A DNA stretch of 64,000 bases from Macrostomum hystrix (lineage: Eukaryota; Animalia; Platyhelminthes): NCBI GenBank assembly GCA_950097015.1, contig CATNEN010000008.1, forward strand, positions 186,001-250,000, read 5' to 3'. This document shows positions 1-10,799 of the stretch, one piece after another. How positions within the stretch are numbered: the first letter of the stretch is position 1; the number at the start of each line of letters is the position of its first letter. A program made the translations under genes and the position numbers. Under the pieces are notes generated by a model that saw only the letters and a program-made list of their open reading frames with translations, was not told the DNA's origin and ran no database searches.

Positions 1-194
1 ATGGTCCCGGCCGGAGCATCAGCGTCAGACTGGGCGAGGCTGAATTCGCCACTCGAATGCGAAATGCGGCCGCGGTGGCGTCGGCTGCGGATACCGCAGC
101 GCTGGCTCATCCGCCAGGCGGTTCGCGCACCTCCGTGCTGGCCAAGTACAGACGGCTGGTCAAGCAGGCCGATGAGGGCGCCATTGTGGCCTGA
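1..194 (+). CDS. ilvD: C-terminal fragment of an IlvD/Edd-family (dihydroxy-acid dehydratase-like) enzyme; 5'-truncated by window edge
   Basis: Not in the ORF track. The frame starting at nt 3 reads (D)GPGRSISVRLGEAEFATRMRNAAAVASAADTAALAHPPGGSRTSVLAKYRRLVKQADEGAIVA* (TGA 192-194). This matches the family C-terminal pattern IDxxxRx(I/L)x(V/L)...EE(L/F)xxR...xLAKYxxLVxxAxxGA. An AATAAA lies near 889. Confidence 0.72.
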   Translation, partial: GPGRSISVRLGEAEFATRMRNAAAVASAADTAALAHPPGGSRTSVLAKYRRLVKQADEGAIVA

Positions 195-252
195 TCTGCA
201 GACTCCGAGGGACTTTCGGGCTAATGGCCAACTCGAGTGGATTATTGACCGA

Positions 253-660
253 GTCGAGTACTTTTCGGGTAATGACCGACTCGTGTACTTTTGGGCGAAT
301 GACCGACACGTGTACTTTTGGAGTAATGACCGACTCGTGTACTTTTGGAGTAATGACCGACTCGTGTACTTTTGAAGTAATGACCGACTCGTGTACCTTT
401 GGGCTAATGACCGACTCGTGTACCTTTGGGCTAATGACCGACTCGTGTACCTTTGGGCTAATGACCGACTCGTGTACTTTTGGGGCAATGACCGACTCGT
501 GTACTTTTGGGGCAATGACCGACTCGTGTACCTTTTGGCTAATGACCGACTCGTGTACTTTTGGGGCAATGACCGACTCGTGTACTTTTGGGGCAATGAC
601 CGACTCGTGTACCTTTGGGCTAATGACCGACTCGTGCACTTTTGGGGATATGACAGACTC
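253..660. repeat. 27-bp tandem repeat (~15 copies)
   Basis: Unit ~TTTTGGGCTAATGACCGACTCGTGTAC; 9-aa periodicity in spurious ORFs 160..639 and 224..685. Confidence 0.95.
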
Positions 661-1213
661 GGTTAGATCATTTCTGACTAAATAATTTCTGGTATTTACT
701 CCAAATTGAGAACTAACTAAGCTACCGGCTAACTTAAAGTCAATTTTCGAATCGACTAAGTTTTATGTAACTATTTTCAATTTTCTTAGCTCCAATACAC
801 TACTTAGATTCACTATGAGTAGTGAGAGTGTGCAATCTATTGTTACTTTCATAATTTCCGCTAGCTAACGAATAAGAAGTGTGATTTTAAATAAAAAAAA
901 TTTTTGTGACACAAGGAATCAAATGAAAACAATGTTACCTTTCACAGGTTAGTACAAATATACTAAAGCAAAACTTTCCATGCTTTCTACTTTTTTTTCA
1001 ATTAAGTCACATTTATCATTCAAATGTGAATGTGAATGTTTTACAATTAGCTACAGCAATACCAAACCCATAATACAGCCACCCACCTGCCGACTTCCTA
1101 ATGAAATTTATTCGATCCAAAATTAAAACTTTTTTTTGCTCGCAACAAAATTGCCGACAAAAAGGACAGCACAGACTGCCGATTTCATTGTGTTCTCCCT
1201 TCTAGCCCCGTTT

Positions 1214-1246
1214 TCTGATTGGCCGCCGATACCGCCAGCCAATTGG
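1214..1246 (+). promoter_or_regulatory. CCAAT-box cluster, likely Dbx proximal promoter
   Basis: CTGATTGG at ~1215-1222 and GCCAATTGG at ~1238-1246, 110-140 bp upstream of ATG 1358. Confidence 0.35.
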
Positions 1247-1357
1247 ACGGATCGATTTCTTTATTAACCATTTAGCGGCCCTACAAACGGAACTGGGACA
1301 GTTGGAATTTATATAGTCTCACATATTCCATTGCTTTACAACTCGAACTCTTGAAAA

Positions 1358-1864
1358 ATGGATTTGTCACCAATCGCTTTATCTCCCGCTTCCGCCCCCG
1401 TTGGATTTGCGGTACCAGCATCAGGTCCAGCTTCACCGTCAGCCTCATCAGTTCCAAGCGACTGCCGACATTCAAATCAGCGGCGTCAGCAGCGGACGCG
1501 TTGTCAACAGCGGCGTCCTGCGCCGCGCCGTGTTCAGCGACGCCCATCGACGCGGCCTTGAGAAGGCCTTCCAGCGCCAGAAGTACATCGGCAAGCCGGA
1601 CCGCAGGCTTCTGGCCGATCGTCTGGGTTTAGGCGACTCTCAGGTAAGCTGATGTCGCCTGGGCTTGTGAGACCGGTCTGGAACTGCTCTCCGGTCCAAA
1701 ATTGCTTTCCAGATAAGTGCCAAATTGATGCCGTTTAGCGCCACTCTAATCTGCAGGTGAAAATTTGGTTTCAGAACCGTCGCATGAAATGGCGCAACTC
1801 CAAGGCGGCGGAGGCGGACTCGATGAACAACGATGCGAGCCGGACTAGCCAGGTGCAATCTTGA
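1358..1864 (+). CDS. Dbx: Dbx (developing brain homeobox) family homeodomain protein; homeobox exons ..1643 and 1757-1864
   Basis: GVLRRAVFSDAHRRGLEKAFQRQKYIGKPDRRLLADRLGLGDSQ | [16 protein letters not shown] is the diagnostic Dbx homeodomain (LRRAVFSD, QKYI-KPDR, WRNSK). Phase-0 intron 1644(GTAAG)-1756(CTGCAG); stop TGA 1862-1864. The only nearby ATG (1358, aaaaATGg) is +1 out of frame with the homeobox. Confidence 0.93.
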
Positions 1865-2280
1865 GAACAGAGAACTGCTAGGAATAAGTCTTCTTCTTCA
1901 GCTACTGCCGCTGCTGCTGCCGCTGCCGCTGCTGCTGCCTCTTCTGTTGCCACTGCTGCTGCCTGTTCTGCTACTCATAATTCTACTGTTGCTGCTCCTG
2001 CATTGTGACTATCAAACACATTGTTGTTTTCTCATTTATTGTCAGCCTTTTTTGAAATTAAATAAATGCGAGAATTCTCTAAACCGATATTGCGCACTAA
2101 ATGTGAAGACGTGTGGCTCTCACTCTAGTCACGAATTCTTACATTTTTTTGTTTAGATCTCATATATATGTCTAAGGAAGTAAATACGCATGCTCACTAC
2201 TTATAGTACAATATGATGCATATTTTACTTTTTTTCTAGACTATTTTAAACTTGATTGATCTATTCACACCCCGATCATC

Positions 2281-2836
2281 TACTGACATCCCTGCTGACA
2301 CACTAGTTGACCCACTACTGACATCCCTGCTGACACACTAGTTGACCCACTACTGACATCCCTGCTGACACACTAGTTGACCCACTACTGACATCCCTGC
2401 TGACACACTAGTTGACCCACTACTGACATCCCTGCTGACACACTAGTTGACCCACTACTGACATCCCTGCTGACACACTAGTTGACCCACTACTGACATC
2501 CCTACTGACACACTAGTTGACCCACTACTGACATCCCTACTGACACACTAGTTGACCCACTACTGACATCCCTGCTGACACACTAGTTGACCCACTACTG
2601 ACATCCCTGCTGACACACTAGTTGACCCACTACTGACATCCCTGCTGACACACTAGTTGACCCACTACTGACATCCCTGCGGACACACTAGTTGACCCAC
2701 TACTGACATCCCTGCTGACACACTAGTTGACCCACTACTGACATCCCTGCTGACACACTAGTTGACCCACTACTGACATCCCTGCTGACACACTAGTTGA
2801 CCCACTACTGACATCCCTGCTGACACACTAGTTGAC
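2281..2836. repeat. 35-bp tandem repeat (~16 near-identical copies)
   Basis: Unit TACTGACATCCCTGCTGACACACTAGTTGACCCAC; starts at 2281, 2316, etc. Confidence 0.97.
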
Positions 2837-3019
2837 GCCGTAAATAATCCAGTGTCGGGAAAAATCATGAAATCATGCATAATAAATATGAAACGTGATA
2901 ACCTAGCTAATGGTTGTATTATGATGCCGCGAAACCAATATTCATCCCTAGTAATTAAGTAGAAATGCATTTACTCAGCATTATAAAATACATTTCCATC
3001 TAATCTTTTCTTTTATCTT

Positions 3020-4707
3020 TTCACTCTAATCCAACTCTCCCATCTCTAGTCTGTTCACTCTAATCCAACTCTCCCATCTCTAGTATGTTCACTCTAATCC
3101 AGCTCTCCCATATCTAGTCTCTTCACTCTAATCCAGCTCTCCCATCTCTAGTCTGTTCACTCTAATCCAACTCTCCCATCTCTAGTCTGTTCACTCTAAT
3201 CCAACTCTCCTATCTCTAGTCTGTTCACTCTAATCCAGCTCTCCCATATCTAGTCTGTTCACTCTAATCCAGCTCTCCCATCTCTAGTCTGTTCACTCTA
3301 ATCCAACTCTCCCATCTCTAGTCTCTTCACTCTAATCCAACTCTCCTATCTCTAGTCTGTTCACTCTAATCCAACTCTCCCATCTCTAGTATGTTCACTC
3401 TAATCCAGCTCTCCCATATCTAGTCTGTTCACTCTAATCCAGCTCTCCCATATCTAGTCTCTTCACTCTAATCCAACTCTCCCATCTCTAGTCTCTTCAC
3501 TCTAATCCAACTCTCCTATCTCTAGTCTGTTCACTCTAATCCAACTCTCCCATCTCTAGTATGTTCACTCTAATCCAGCTCTCCCATATCTAGTCTGTTC
3601 ACTCTAATCCAGCTCTCCCATATCTAGTCTCTTCACTCTAATCCAACTCTCCCATCTCTAGTCTCTTCACTCTAATCCAACTCTCCTATCTCTAGTCTGT
3701 TCACTCTAATCCAGCTCTCCCATATCTAGTCTCTTCACTTTAATCCAACTCTGTAATCTCTAGTCTGTTCACTCTAATCCAACTCTCCTATCTCTAGTCT
3801 GTTCACTCTAATCCAACTCTCCCATCTCTAGTATGTTCACTCTAATCCAACTCTGTAATCTCTAGTCTGTTCACTCTAATCCAGCTCTCCCATCTCTAGT
3901 CTCTTCACTCTAATCCAACTCTCCTATCTCTAGTCTGTTCACTCTAATCCAACTCTCCCATCTCTAGTATGTTCACTCTAATCCAGCTCTCCCATATCTA
4001 GTCTGTTCACTCTAATCCAGCTCTCCCATATCTAGTCTCTTCACTCTAATCCAACTCTCCCATCTCTAGTCTCTTCACTCTAATCCAACTCTCCTATCTC
4101 TAGTCTGTTCACTCTAATCCAGCTCTCCCATATCTAGTCTCTTCACTTTAATCCAACTCTGTAATCTCTAGTCTGTTCACTCTAATCCAACTCTCCTATC
4201 TCTAGTCTGTTCACTCTAATCCAACTCTCCCATCTCTAGTCTGTTCACTCTAATCCAGCTCTCCCATATCTAGTCTCTTCACTCTAATCCAACTCTCCTA
4301 TCTCTAGTCTGTTCACTCTAATCCAACTCTCCTATCTCTAGTCTGTTCACTCTAATCCAGCTCTCCCATATCTAGTCTCTTCACTTTAATCCAACTCTGT
4401 AATCTCTAGTCTGTTCACTCTAATCCAACTCTCCTATCTCTAGTCTGTTCACTCTAATCCAACTCTCCCATCTCTAGTATGTTCACTCTAATCCAGCTCT
4501 CCCATATCTAGTCTCTTCACTCTAATCCAACTCTCCTATCTCTAGTCTGTTCACTCTAATCCAACTCTCCTATCTCTAGTCTGTTCACTCTAATCCAACT
4601 CTCCCATCTCTAGTATGTTCACTCTAATCCAGCTCTCCCATATCTAGTCTGTTCACTCTAATCCAACTCTCCCATCTCTAGTCTGTTCACTCTAATCCAA
4701 CTCTCCC
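3020..4707. repeat. 34-bp tandem repeat (~50 copies, variant units with higher-order blocks)
   Basis: Unit TTCACTCTAATCCAACTCTCCCATCTCTAGTCTG; period 34 (3021, 3055...). Confidence 0.97.
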
Positions 4708-4800
4708 AGCCCTGCCCCTGGCCCTGCCCCTGGCCCTGCCCCTGGCCCTGCCCCTGCCCTGGCCCTGGCTCTGGCCCTGCCCCTGGCCCTGCCCCTGGCT
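4708..4800. repeat. GC-rich 12/6-bp repeat (GGCCCTGCCCCT)n
   Basis: Directly visible tandem units abutting the 34-bp array. Confidence 0.85.
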
Positions 4801-4834
4801 CTGTCCCTCACTCTGCCGATGACTGACTCACTCA

Positions 4835-5155
4835 GTCGGTGGCTGAGTGGTCTAACCCGTGTGCCTCTCGCACCAAGGTCCCTAAGCTCGATTCCACGGC
4901 GAGGCCACATTTATTTTGGGGCGCAGCCGCAGAGAGAAGACTTGGGAGCTTGTCGTACAATTTACGCCCTTGAAAGCCAACCCCAAAGGCACAGTGAAGT
5001 GTACATTGCCTGACGATGAGAAAGTCAGGGCAGATGTACACACCTGTGTGAGCGTATGCCTGCGTACAGTATCTGTGTGCTCAGGAGTCAGCGGAATGAG
5101 CAGAACTGCCTCCTCGCTGGCTGCGGGTCTACTGTCACTAAAGGATGTGCCATTG
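4835..5155 (+). mobile_element. tRNA-derived SINE, copy 1
   Basis: Head with Pol III A box (TGGCTGAGTGG) and B box-like GCTCGATTCC. The ~300-bp body is shared with copies at ~9608, ~31484 (minus) and ~49044. Confidence 0.8.
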
Positions 5156-5189
5156 CCCGCAGCCCTCCTGCAATTATTATTATACTAAA

Positions 5190-5540
5190 ACCACTCCTCC
5201 TCTACCCACTGCTCCTCTACCCACTGCTCCTCTACCCACTGCTCCTCTACCCACTCCTCCTCTACCCACTGCTCCTTTACCCACTACTCCTCTACCCACT
5301 GCTCCTCTACCCACTCCTCCTCTACCCACTCCTCCTCTACCCACTGCTCCTCTACCCACTCCTCCTCTACCCACTCCTCCTCTACCCACTGCTCCTCTAC
5401 CCACTCCTCCTCTACCCACTCCTCCTCTACCCACTCCTCCTCTACCCACTCCTCCTCTACCCACTGCTCCTCTACCCACTCCTCCTCTACCCACTGCTCC
5501 TTTACCCACTACTCCTCTACCCACTGCTCGTCTACCCACT
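5190..5540. repeat. 15-bp minisatellite (CCCACTGCTCCTCTA)n
   Basis: ~23 copies; same family as 23585-24665. Confidence 0.97.
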
Positions 5541-6016
5541 TATCTTGCCATAGGGTTCTCATGCTGCAGGATTCTTCTCATCCACTGTATCTTGGGCTGA
5601 AGCAAAACTTTCGTCACTACTCTGCTCGCTAATTTCTTCGTCTGCCGTATCTATGTTTGTCGAATGAAATCTGTTATTTTCTATGGTCTAAGTTTTGCAC
5701 AACTGTGGCGATTAATAGTGCGCCCAAATTCTCAAATTGATTGCTCCATAGACCCCCTTTCAGGCAATAGACAATGAAAAACAAGTCTTTAATAGCTTGA
5801 TTTTTCCACTAAGGATTAATTAATTTCCACTAATTAGCTTGAAAATGCTATATTTACTCTTTCTGTCTGACTTCACTCGGCTTCTTCATTAAACACAGTT
5901 TTACAACTCGATTTTACCATAGACAAAAGTGCCGGGTGTGAATGAGTTGGAGCGGACGGAGCCCGCTACTTTCGTCTATGTTTCGCCCGCAAAATCAGAG
6001 AGAACACAGCTCTATC

Positions 6017-9000
6017 CACAGATTCTATATTACCTAGATTGGTCACTCCAAGAGAAATCGTTCGTTCATCGAAAACCCAGTGTTTTTGCCACAGACGCGA
6101 GTTAAATACTGCCGCATTAATATATCTTTTTAGGAAACTATATGTTATTTGCCTTTAACGCTATAGGCGAGCCAATATTGAGAAATGACTTTTAATTGGA
6201 GAAAACGCGAGTAATTTCTGAGCCGAATATTTCTTGAATGCGCGGAACAATAAAAACAAATAAAGATAACATGGTGATTAAACAAGCAAGTATGACAGGC
6301 AAGCATGACAGATAAGCATGACAAGCAAACACAGATTCAAGAAAGCGTGTCAAATAAGTAAAAAAATGAAGCACAGTGAGTACCCTAACCATGCATCATG
6401 TCACAACTTTTTGAGCTTGCGGTTAGCAATAGCGCGATCTCTTTCCTTCCGCACAGTCTCCATCTTCTCTCGGCACCACTGATGCAATCGCATGTGCACA
6501 AAAAGCCTTGCCGCTTGTGCATTGCTTTCGGCTCGATGTTCGATACAAAATGGAAGCTGCACACTAAATCGCTCAAATCTGCCGAGGATTCTTGCCCCAA
6601 TGGCATCAGCAGCAGCTGCTGTTGACATTTCTCGACGAAAAATCTCCTCCATCTTGCAGAATATCGCAACACACGCGCTCGACGGCTGAGTAAGGCCGTA
6701 TCGAGAGTCTTCAAAGTTTTTGTGGGTGAAGATTCGAGCAGGTGACTCGTCTGTTACCAACTGATCCTTACAGGTGTCGCATGCAAAAATTTGCAGCTTC
6801 CGAAAAATCCATCCTCCGATGTAAGGGATTACTTCAGTAGCCTCCACATTGTCGAATGTAATTTCTGTTGCAACGTCTCCATCTGCAGAAACTGCCCGAT
6901 GCTGCTGGGGCTGCTCTGCAGCTGAAGTTGATGCAGGCGTGACTTTCTCACGTAAGTCACGAATCTCAACTGCCATGGCATCACCATCGTCCTCACAGTT
7001 TGTGCCATTCGCAAGCTTGCGTTCCATTTTGCCAGCACTGATGGATCGAAGTGCACCGAGAAACGCATGCAGTTCCGGCTTCTCGTTGAAGCCATTGCGG
7101 CCTCTCACGATGGAGAAAAAATTCTGCAGCAGAAACAAGAAGGCATTAACACCATATGTAACAACTGAAAAGCATTTTCAGGCAGATACTCACCTCGACA
7201 TGATCCTGGGAAAGGCGTCGAAGGCACAAATACGACACACCAGCTTCCGTTAGGCCAAAGTGAATGATGCGCTTCGCTGACTCGATAGAAAGCAGCCAGC
7301 CTTCTTTAAACGGCATGGTTGCCTTACTCCTTCCACCCCCCACAGGCGAGAATCGCCATGTCAAAATGAATTCTTGCGCTGCTGACAGCTGGCTCAGTAC
7401 CATCTCAGCGGACTCTTCGGTAACTGCACCTTTTCCATGCTTGCCGAATAAACTAGCAGAGTTGAGAATGTCAAACATCTCGTTTACTTTCTCCACAAAC
7501 TCAGCTGTCTGCAGAGCGGACTTCTCCATTCGATCATGATCAACCAGAACTCGCATGCCGCTCGCAACGGAATGGCTGAAAACCTGCGCCGCCAGCGAGA
7601 CTTTCATTTTCTGCGCGATACCGGGACAGAAATGCGCATCTGTCAGTTTTACCGCCAGCTTCAGCTCTCGTCTGCGCTCAGACTCGTAGAATTCACGCAG
7701 GTGTCGCCAGGTGGCCCGCTTGTTGCCACCATACTCGATGTCGTGCTTAAGTAGGCAGTTTCTCGTATTTTTCAAGCAGTGAGGAACGTCCAGTATGAAG
7801 TACACGGGCTCGCCTGTAGATGGATGTGGGAAGCTTGGCTGCGGCAAGGAGACCGTCTTCTTGATGTAAGCCCACTGTGTAGGCTCTTGATCAGTCACCA
7901 CTGCCTTCACACAAATTTCTGCTTCATTGGCGGCCTTCAGGCATTCGTTGATGGCAGCCTTGAATTCCGGTTGTTTTTGGCCGTGGTTGACAAAGTAGCA
8001 GGCGATGGGCTGTTTCCACGGGGCCGCGATGCCTCGCAGTTGTGCAACAATGGCCTGATTCACCGGCTTTGCATTTTCCAACGCCTCGAATCCTGAAGCC
8101 AGTCCAATAATTGCATCGCTATTCTTGTCAAACCTGACTGATGGAGAGATGCGCATTCCGTCCAGGCAGAGCGTAGCGATCTTCTCCTCCCTGGACTTTC
8201 GTGAAAAGTAGGTCTTCAGTTCAGCAATGGTGAAGCTGCAGACTCCGGTATCCGAAAAAAATAATCGAATTCTGCGCTTCAGAACTGTTTCGGATGGAAG
8301 CAGAAGGCCTGATTGCTTGCGTAAGAACCGATAAGCAGCAGGACTCAAGTGGTGAATCACAATGGCTTCTCGCACCTGCTTGCGATTCCAGCGCATACCG
8401 CGATTTCGAATTCGGTGTGTTGCAACTTTCTGTTGTTCAGAAGTGGCAGTTGAAGCTCTTTGAAGCTTCTGCTTTAATCTCTTGATGACTCCATCTCGAT
8501 ATCGAGCTCTATCCCGCTGTTTCTTCCGCTCCTTTCGAACTTCGTTGCGGTTGTTTGTTGCCCTATCTTCTGAACCAGTTTTATCCTGAGCGTCGGCTGG
8601 CATTGCGTGTAGCTCAGGCATCTCGACAGCGTACGTGTCTTCACGATGCAGTACTGGTGGATACATGTTGTCAGCAATGTGGTCTGGTCGCGGCTCGACT
8701 TCAACCGATTCCTTCTCCAAGCGTGGTGGAAAAGTGTAGGGATTTGGAAGGGCATCTTTTCTAAGTCGAGCTGAACGTCGTTCGTGTAGTGGGCAGGAGT
8801 AATCGGTTTCTTTAAAATGCAGACTGCACACTTTCAACCTCCGCTGCCGCACAAAATTCAAGTCAATATCGCGTAATTCAAGTATCTCTATCCAACGAAC
8901 TGCTACCTGGTCATCGCTTGGAAATTTGTGTAGATGGATTGCAAATCCATGCACTGAAGCTGGAGTGTCCTCTGTAGTATAGCAGGCAGCTGCACAACAA

Positions 9001-9220
9001 GCGTGGCTACTAAGACGGTTGATGATCAGCTCCATGGCTAACGTGCGAAGCAGAAGCTCACAGCCAGCGAGTTTTGAGCGAGCGATAGACCATCAAATAA
9101 ATTTTCTATCTGTCTAACTGTCTATGGGCAAAACTCTGGGTTTTCGCGGCAGACGGCTGGCGGACGCCGTTTCTATTGCAAATTCGATGAGTGACCAATC
9201 TAGGTAATATAGAATCTGTG
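6017..9220 (-). mobile_element. Apparently intact P-element/THAP9-like DNA transposon (3204 bp)
   Basis: 32-bp perfect TIRs CACAGATTCTATATTACCTAGATTGGTCACTC (6017-6048 / 9189-9220). 8-bp TSD GCTCTATC (6009-6016, 9221-9228). Subterminal inverted repeat ~6071-6096 / 9120-9146. A single GCTCTATC (empty site) is in copy B near 31865-31872. Confidence 0.95.
6401..9035 (-). CDS. THAP-domain P-element transposase, 2 exons (9035-7194, 7123-6401), ~854 aa
   Basis: N-terminal THAP C2CH (CAAACY...HKFP...W...VCSLHF). Catalytic-type motifs LCLDGM, VVTDQ, DVPHCLKNTRN, KMKVSLAAQVFS. A 70-bp intron (GTGAGT...CTGCAG) joins SQDHVE to NFFSIVRGRNG, restoring the conserved QDxxENFFS motif in frame. Confidence 0.93.
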
Positions 9221-9499
9221 GCTCTATCTATCGATTTTCGGGCTCGCTGCCCTCAAATCCATAGACAGAACTATAATTTGTCTCACGATTTCGCGGGCAA
9301 GACGGCCTAGGAGTGATGCTTACAGATTTTGTCTATGGCATGAACTTAAACGTTCATATAACACTGATAAGTAGCTTCAACGTTTGGTCTAGGTTGTGAT
9401 CATCAGCGACAATAAAAGTGAGCTAAAAAAATTCGTGATTTCCATTAAAAAAACAAAATCTATCTAACGACGACGATATAGTTATCAACACCCTAGAAA

Positions 9500-10194
9500 A
9501 TGCTGCCATTGGTTCGATTCGCACTTCTAGTCTGCGTTTTTGCTGTTCTTGCTCGCAGAGGTAGGTCTCATTGTGCCCATTCCGCTGAGCCTTAGACTAA
9601 ATCACTAGGGGGTGAGTGGCAGAGCGGTCTAACGCATTTGCCTCTCGCACCAAGGTCCCTGAGCTCGATTCCGTGGAGAGGCTACATCCATTTGTACTCA
9701 GTCGCTGCAGCGGAGAGAAGGCTTGGGGAGAAAGTCAGGGCAGGTGTATACACCTGTGAGTGTGCGCCTGAGTATGGTATCTGTGTGCGTGTGTGCTCAG
9801 GAGTCAGCAGAATGGGCGGAATTGCCTCTTCGCTGGCTGCGGTTCTAGCGTCACCAAATGATTTGCCATTTGCTCACAGCCATTTGCAAACAAAACTCAC
9901 TAAATCACTAATTTATTCTTCTCAGTTTCAAACAGCTGCCTGACCACAACTTTGTCAAATTGCGTGGCGAACGGAGATGCGTGCGACTTTGGAAAACCCT
10001 GCTGCAAGGGACTTTTCTGCGGCAGGTGTCGAATGAGCTGCTGTACACGTAATAACTGGAACCAGCCACCGCAGAAGTCCACGCCGACCTGCTTCGGAGA
10101 CTCGGAGGGATGCGGCTACAATAATCGGAATTGCTGCCCGGGCCTGTTCTGCGGCAGATGTCGCATGAGTTGCTGCACACCTTTCGGACGCTAA
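9500..10194 (+). CDS. Secreted tandem double cystine-knot (ICK-like) toxin-like peptide precursor, copy A; exons 9500-9560 and 9926-10194
   Basis: Exon 1 encodes the signal-like MLPLVRFALLVCVFAVLARR, followed by a phase-1 intron (GTAGGT...TTCTTCTCAG). Exon 2 has two 8-Cys domains, C-x6-C-x5/6-CC-x4-C-x2-C-x3-CC, joined by a 15-aa Pro-rich linker and ending PFGR* (amidation signal). Confidence 0.85.
9608..9873 (+). mobile_element. tRNA-derived SINE, copy 2 (internally deleted), inside peptide-gene intron
   Basis: A box TGGCAGAGCGG and B box-like GCTCGATTCC. Homologous to 4835-5155 but lacks ~75 bp of the body. Confidence 0.78.
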
Positions 10195-10799
10195 TACTAC
10201 AGCACATAATCAGCTGCCGACTGAGACTTTATTATTAGCTAGTTAATTCCTGTTAGCAAGCAGATTGCTTCGTTGTTTAGTTAATTTCCCTGGTTGGGAG
10301 GTCTGAAGTTCGAAATACAGCGAAAGAGAAATAATGCGTGCCTTTATACAGCCAATCTAAACAGATTGGTTGGGTAATTGGTCTTTTACATTATACTTTT
10401 CTCTGTACTTAACTCTGCTCGTCTCTATAATTCCAATGCACTAGATGAGTACTAGTAACATACACACGATACGATAGTTGCAGTCTCCCAATGACTTTCA
10501 AGTCAATCTAAATGATAGTTTAGACATTCAAAACAATTAATGTCTATGGATTTAACTATCCTCTAAGTAAACCTCGCCGCTAGAGACCATAGACGTTTGG
10601 ACAACCAAAACGAGAAAGGGGCATTCAAAACGAGAAGGAATTCAGACACTCGGAAGAAAATTCACCCTTTCGACCATAGACTAGAGACAACCAAAATGAT
10701 TAAACTTGGAAGGGAACGCTGAAAAACTCCATTGCCTTGTTCTCCGCCGGTTTGGCTTTCTCTCGATTCTTTCTTTGCTATTTCTTGTTGCTGTTTTTC

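Noticed and set aside
160-685. ORFs with periodic peptides (also 5056-5600, 23448-24770, 28481-28931, 36282-36860, 41271-42172, 46923-47693, 52743-53681, 54239-56408, 60224-60500, 61146-61538)
   Set aside because: They are translations of tandem repeats that lack stops in several frames at once, with no splice context or domain.
1358-1561. Programmed +1 ribosomal frameshifting as the explanation of the out-of-frame ATGs
   Set aside because: In Dbx the stop of the ATG frame (1559-1561) lies inside the homeobox, so a stop-stimulated shift would lose the N-terminal arm and part of helix 1. A homopolymer error is simpler.
4835-4905. tRNA genes at the four SINE heads
   Set aside because: A/B boxes are present but I could not fold a complete cloverleaf, and each continues into a shared non-tRNA body.
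5918-10548. Whole peptide cassette as one CATAGAC...GTCTATG P-family element with near-TSD GATTTTAC/GATTTAAC
   Set aside because: The TIR match is only 8 bp, the TSD has a mismatch, and A/B homology extends beyond both ends. It cannot be the unit that duplicated, although an older capture is not excluded.
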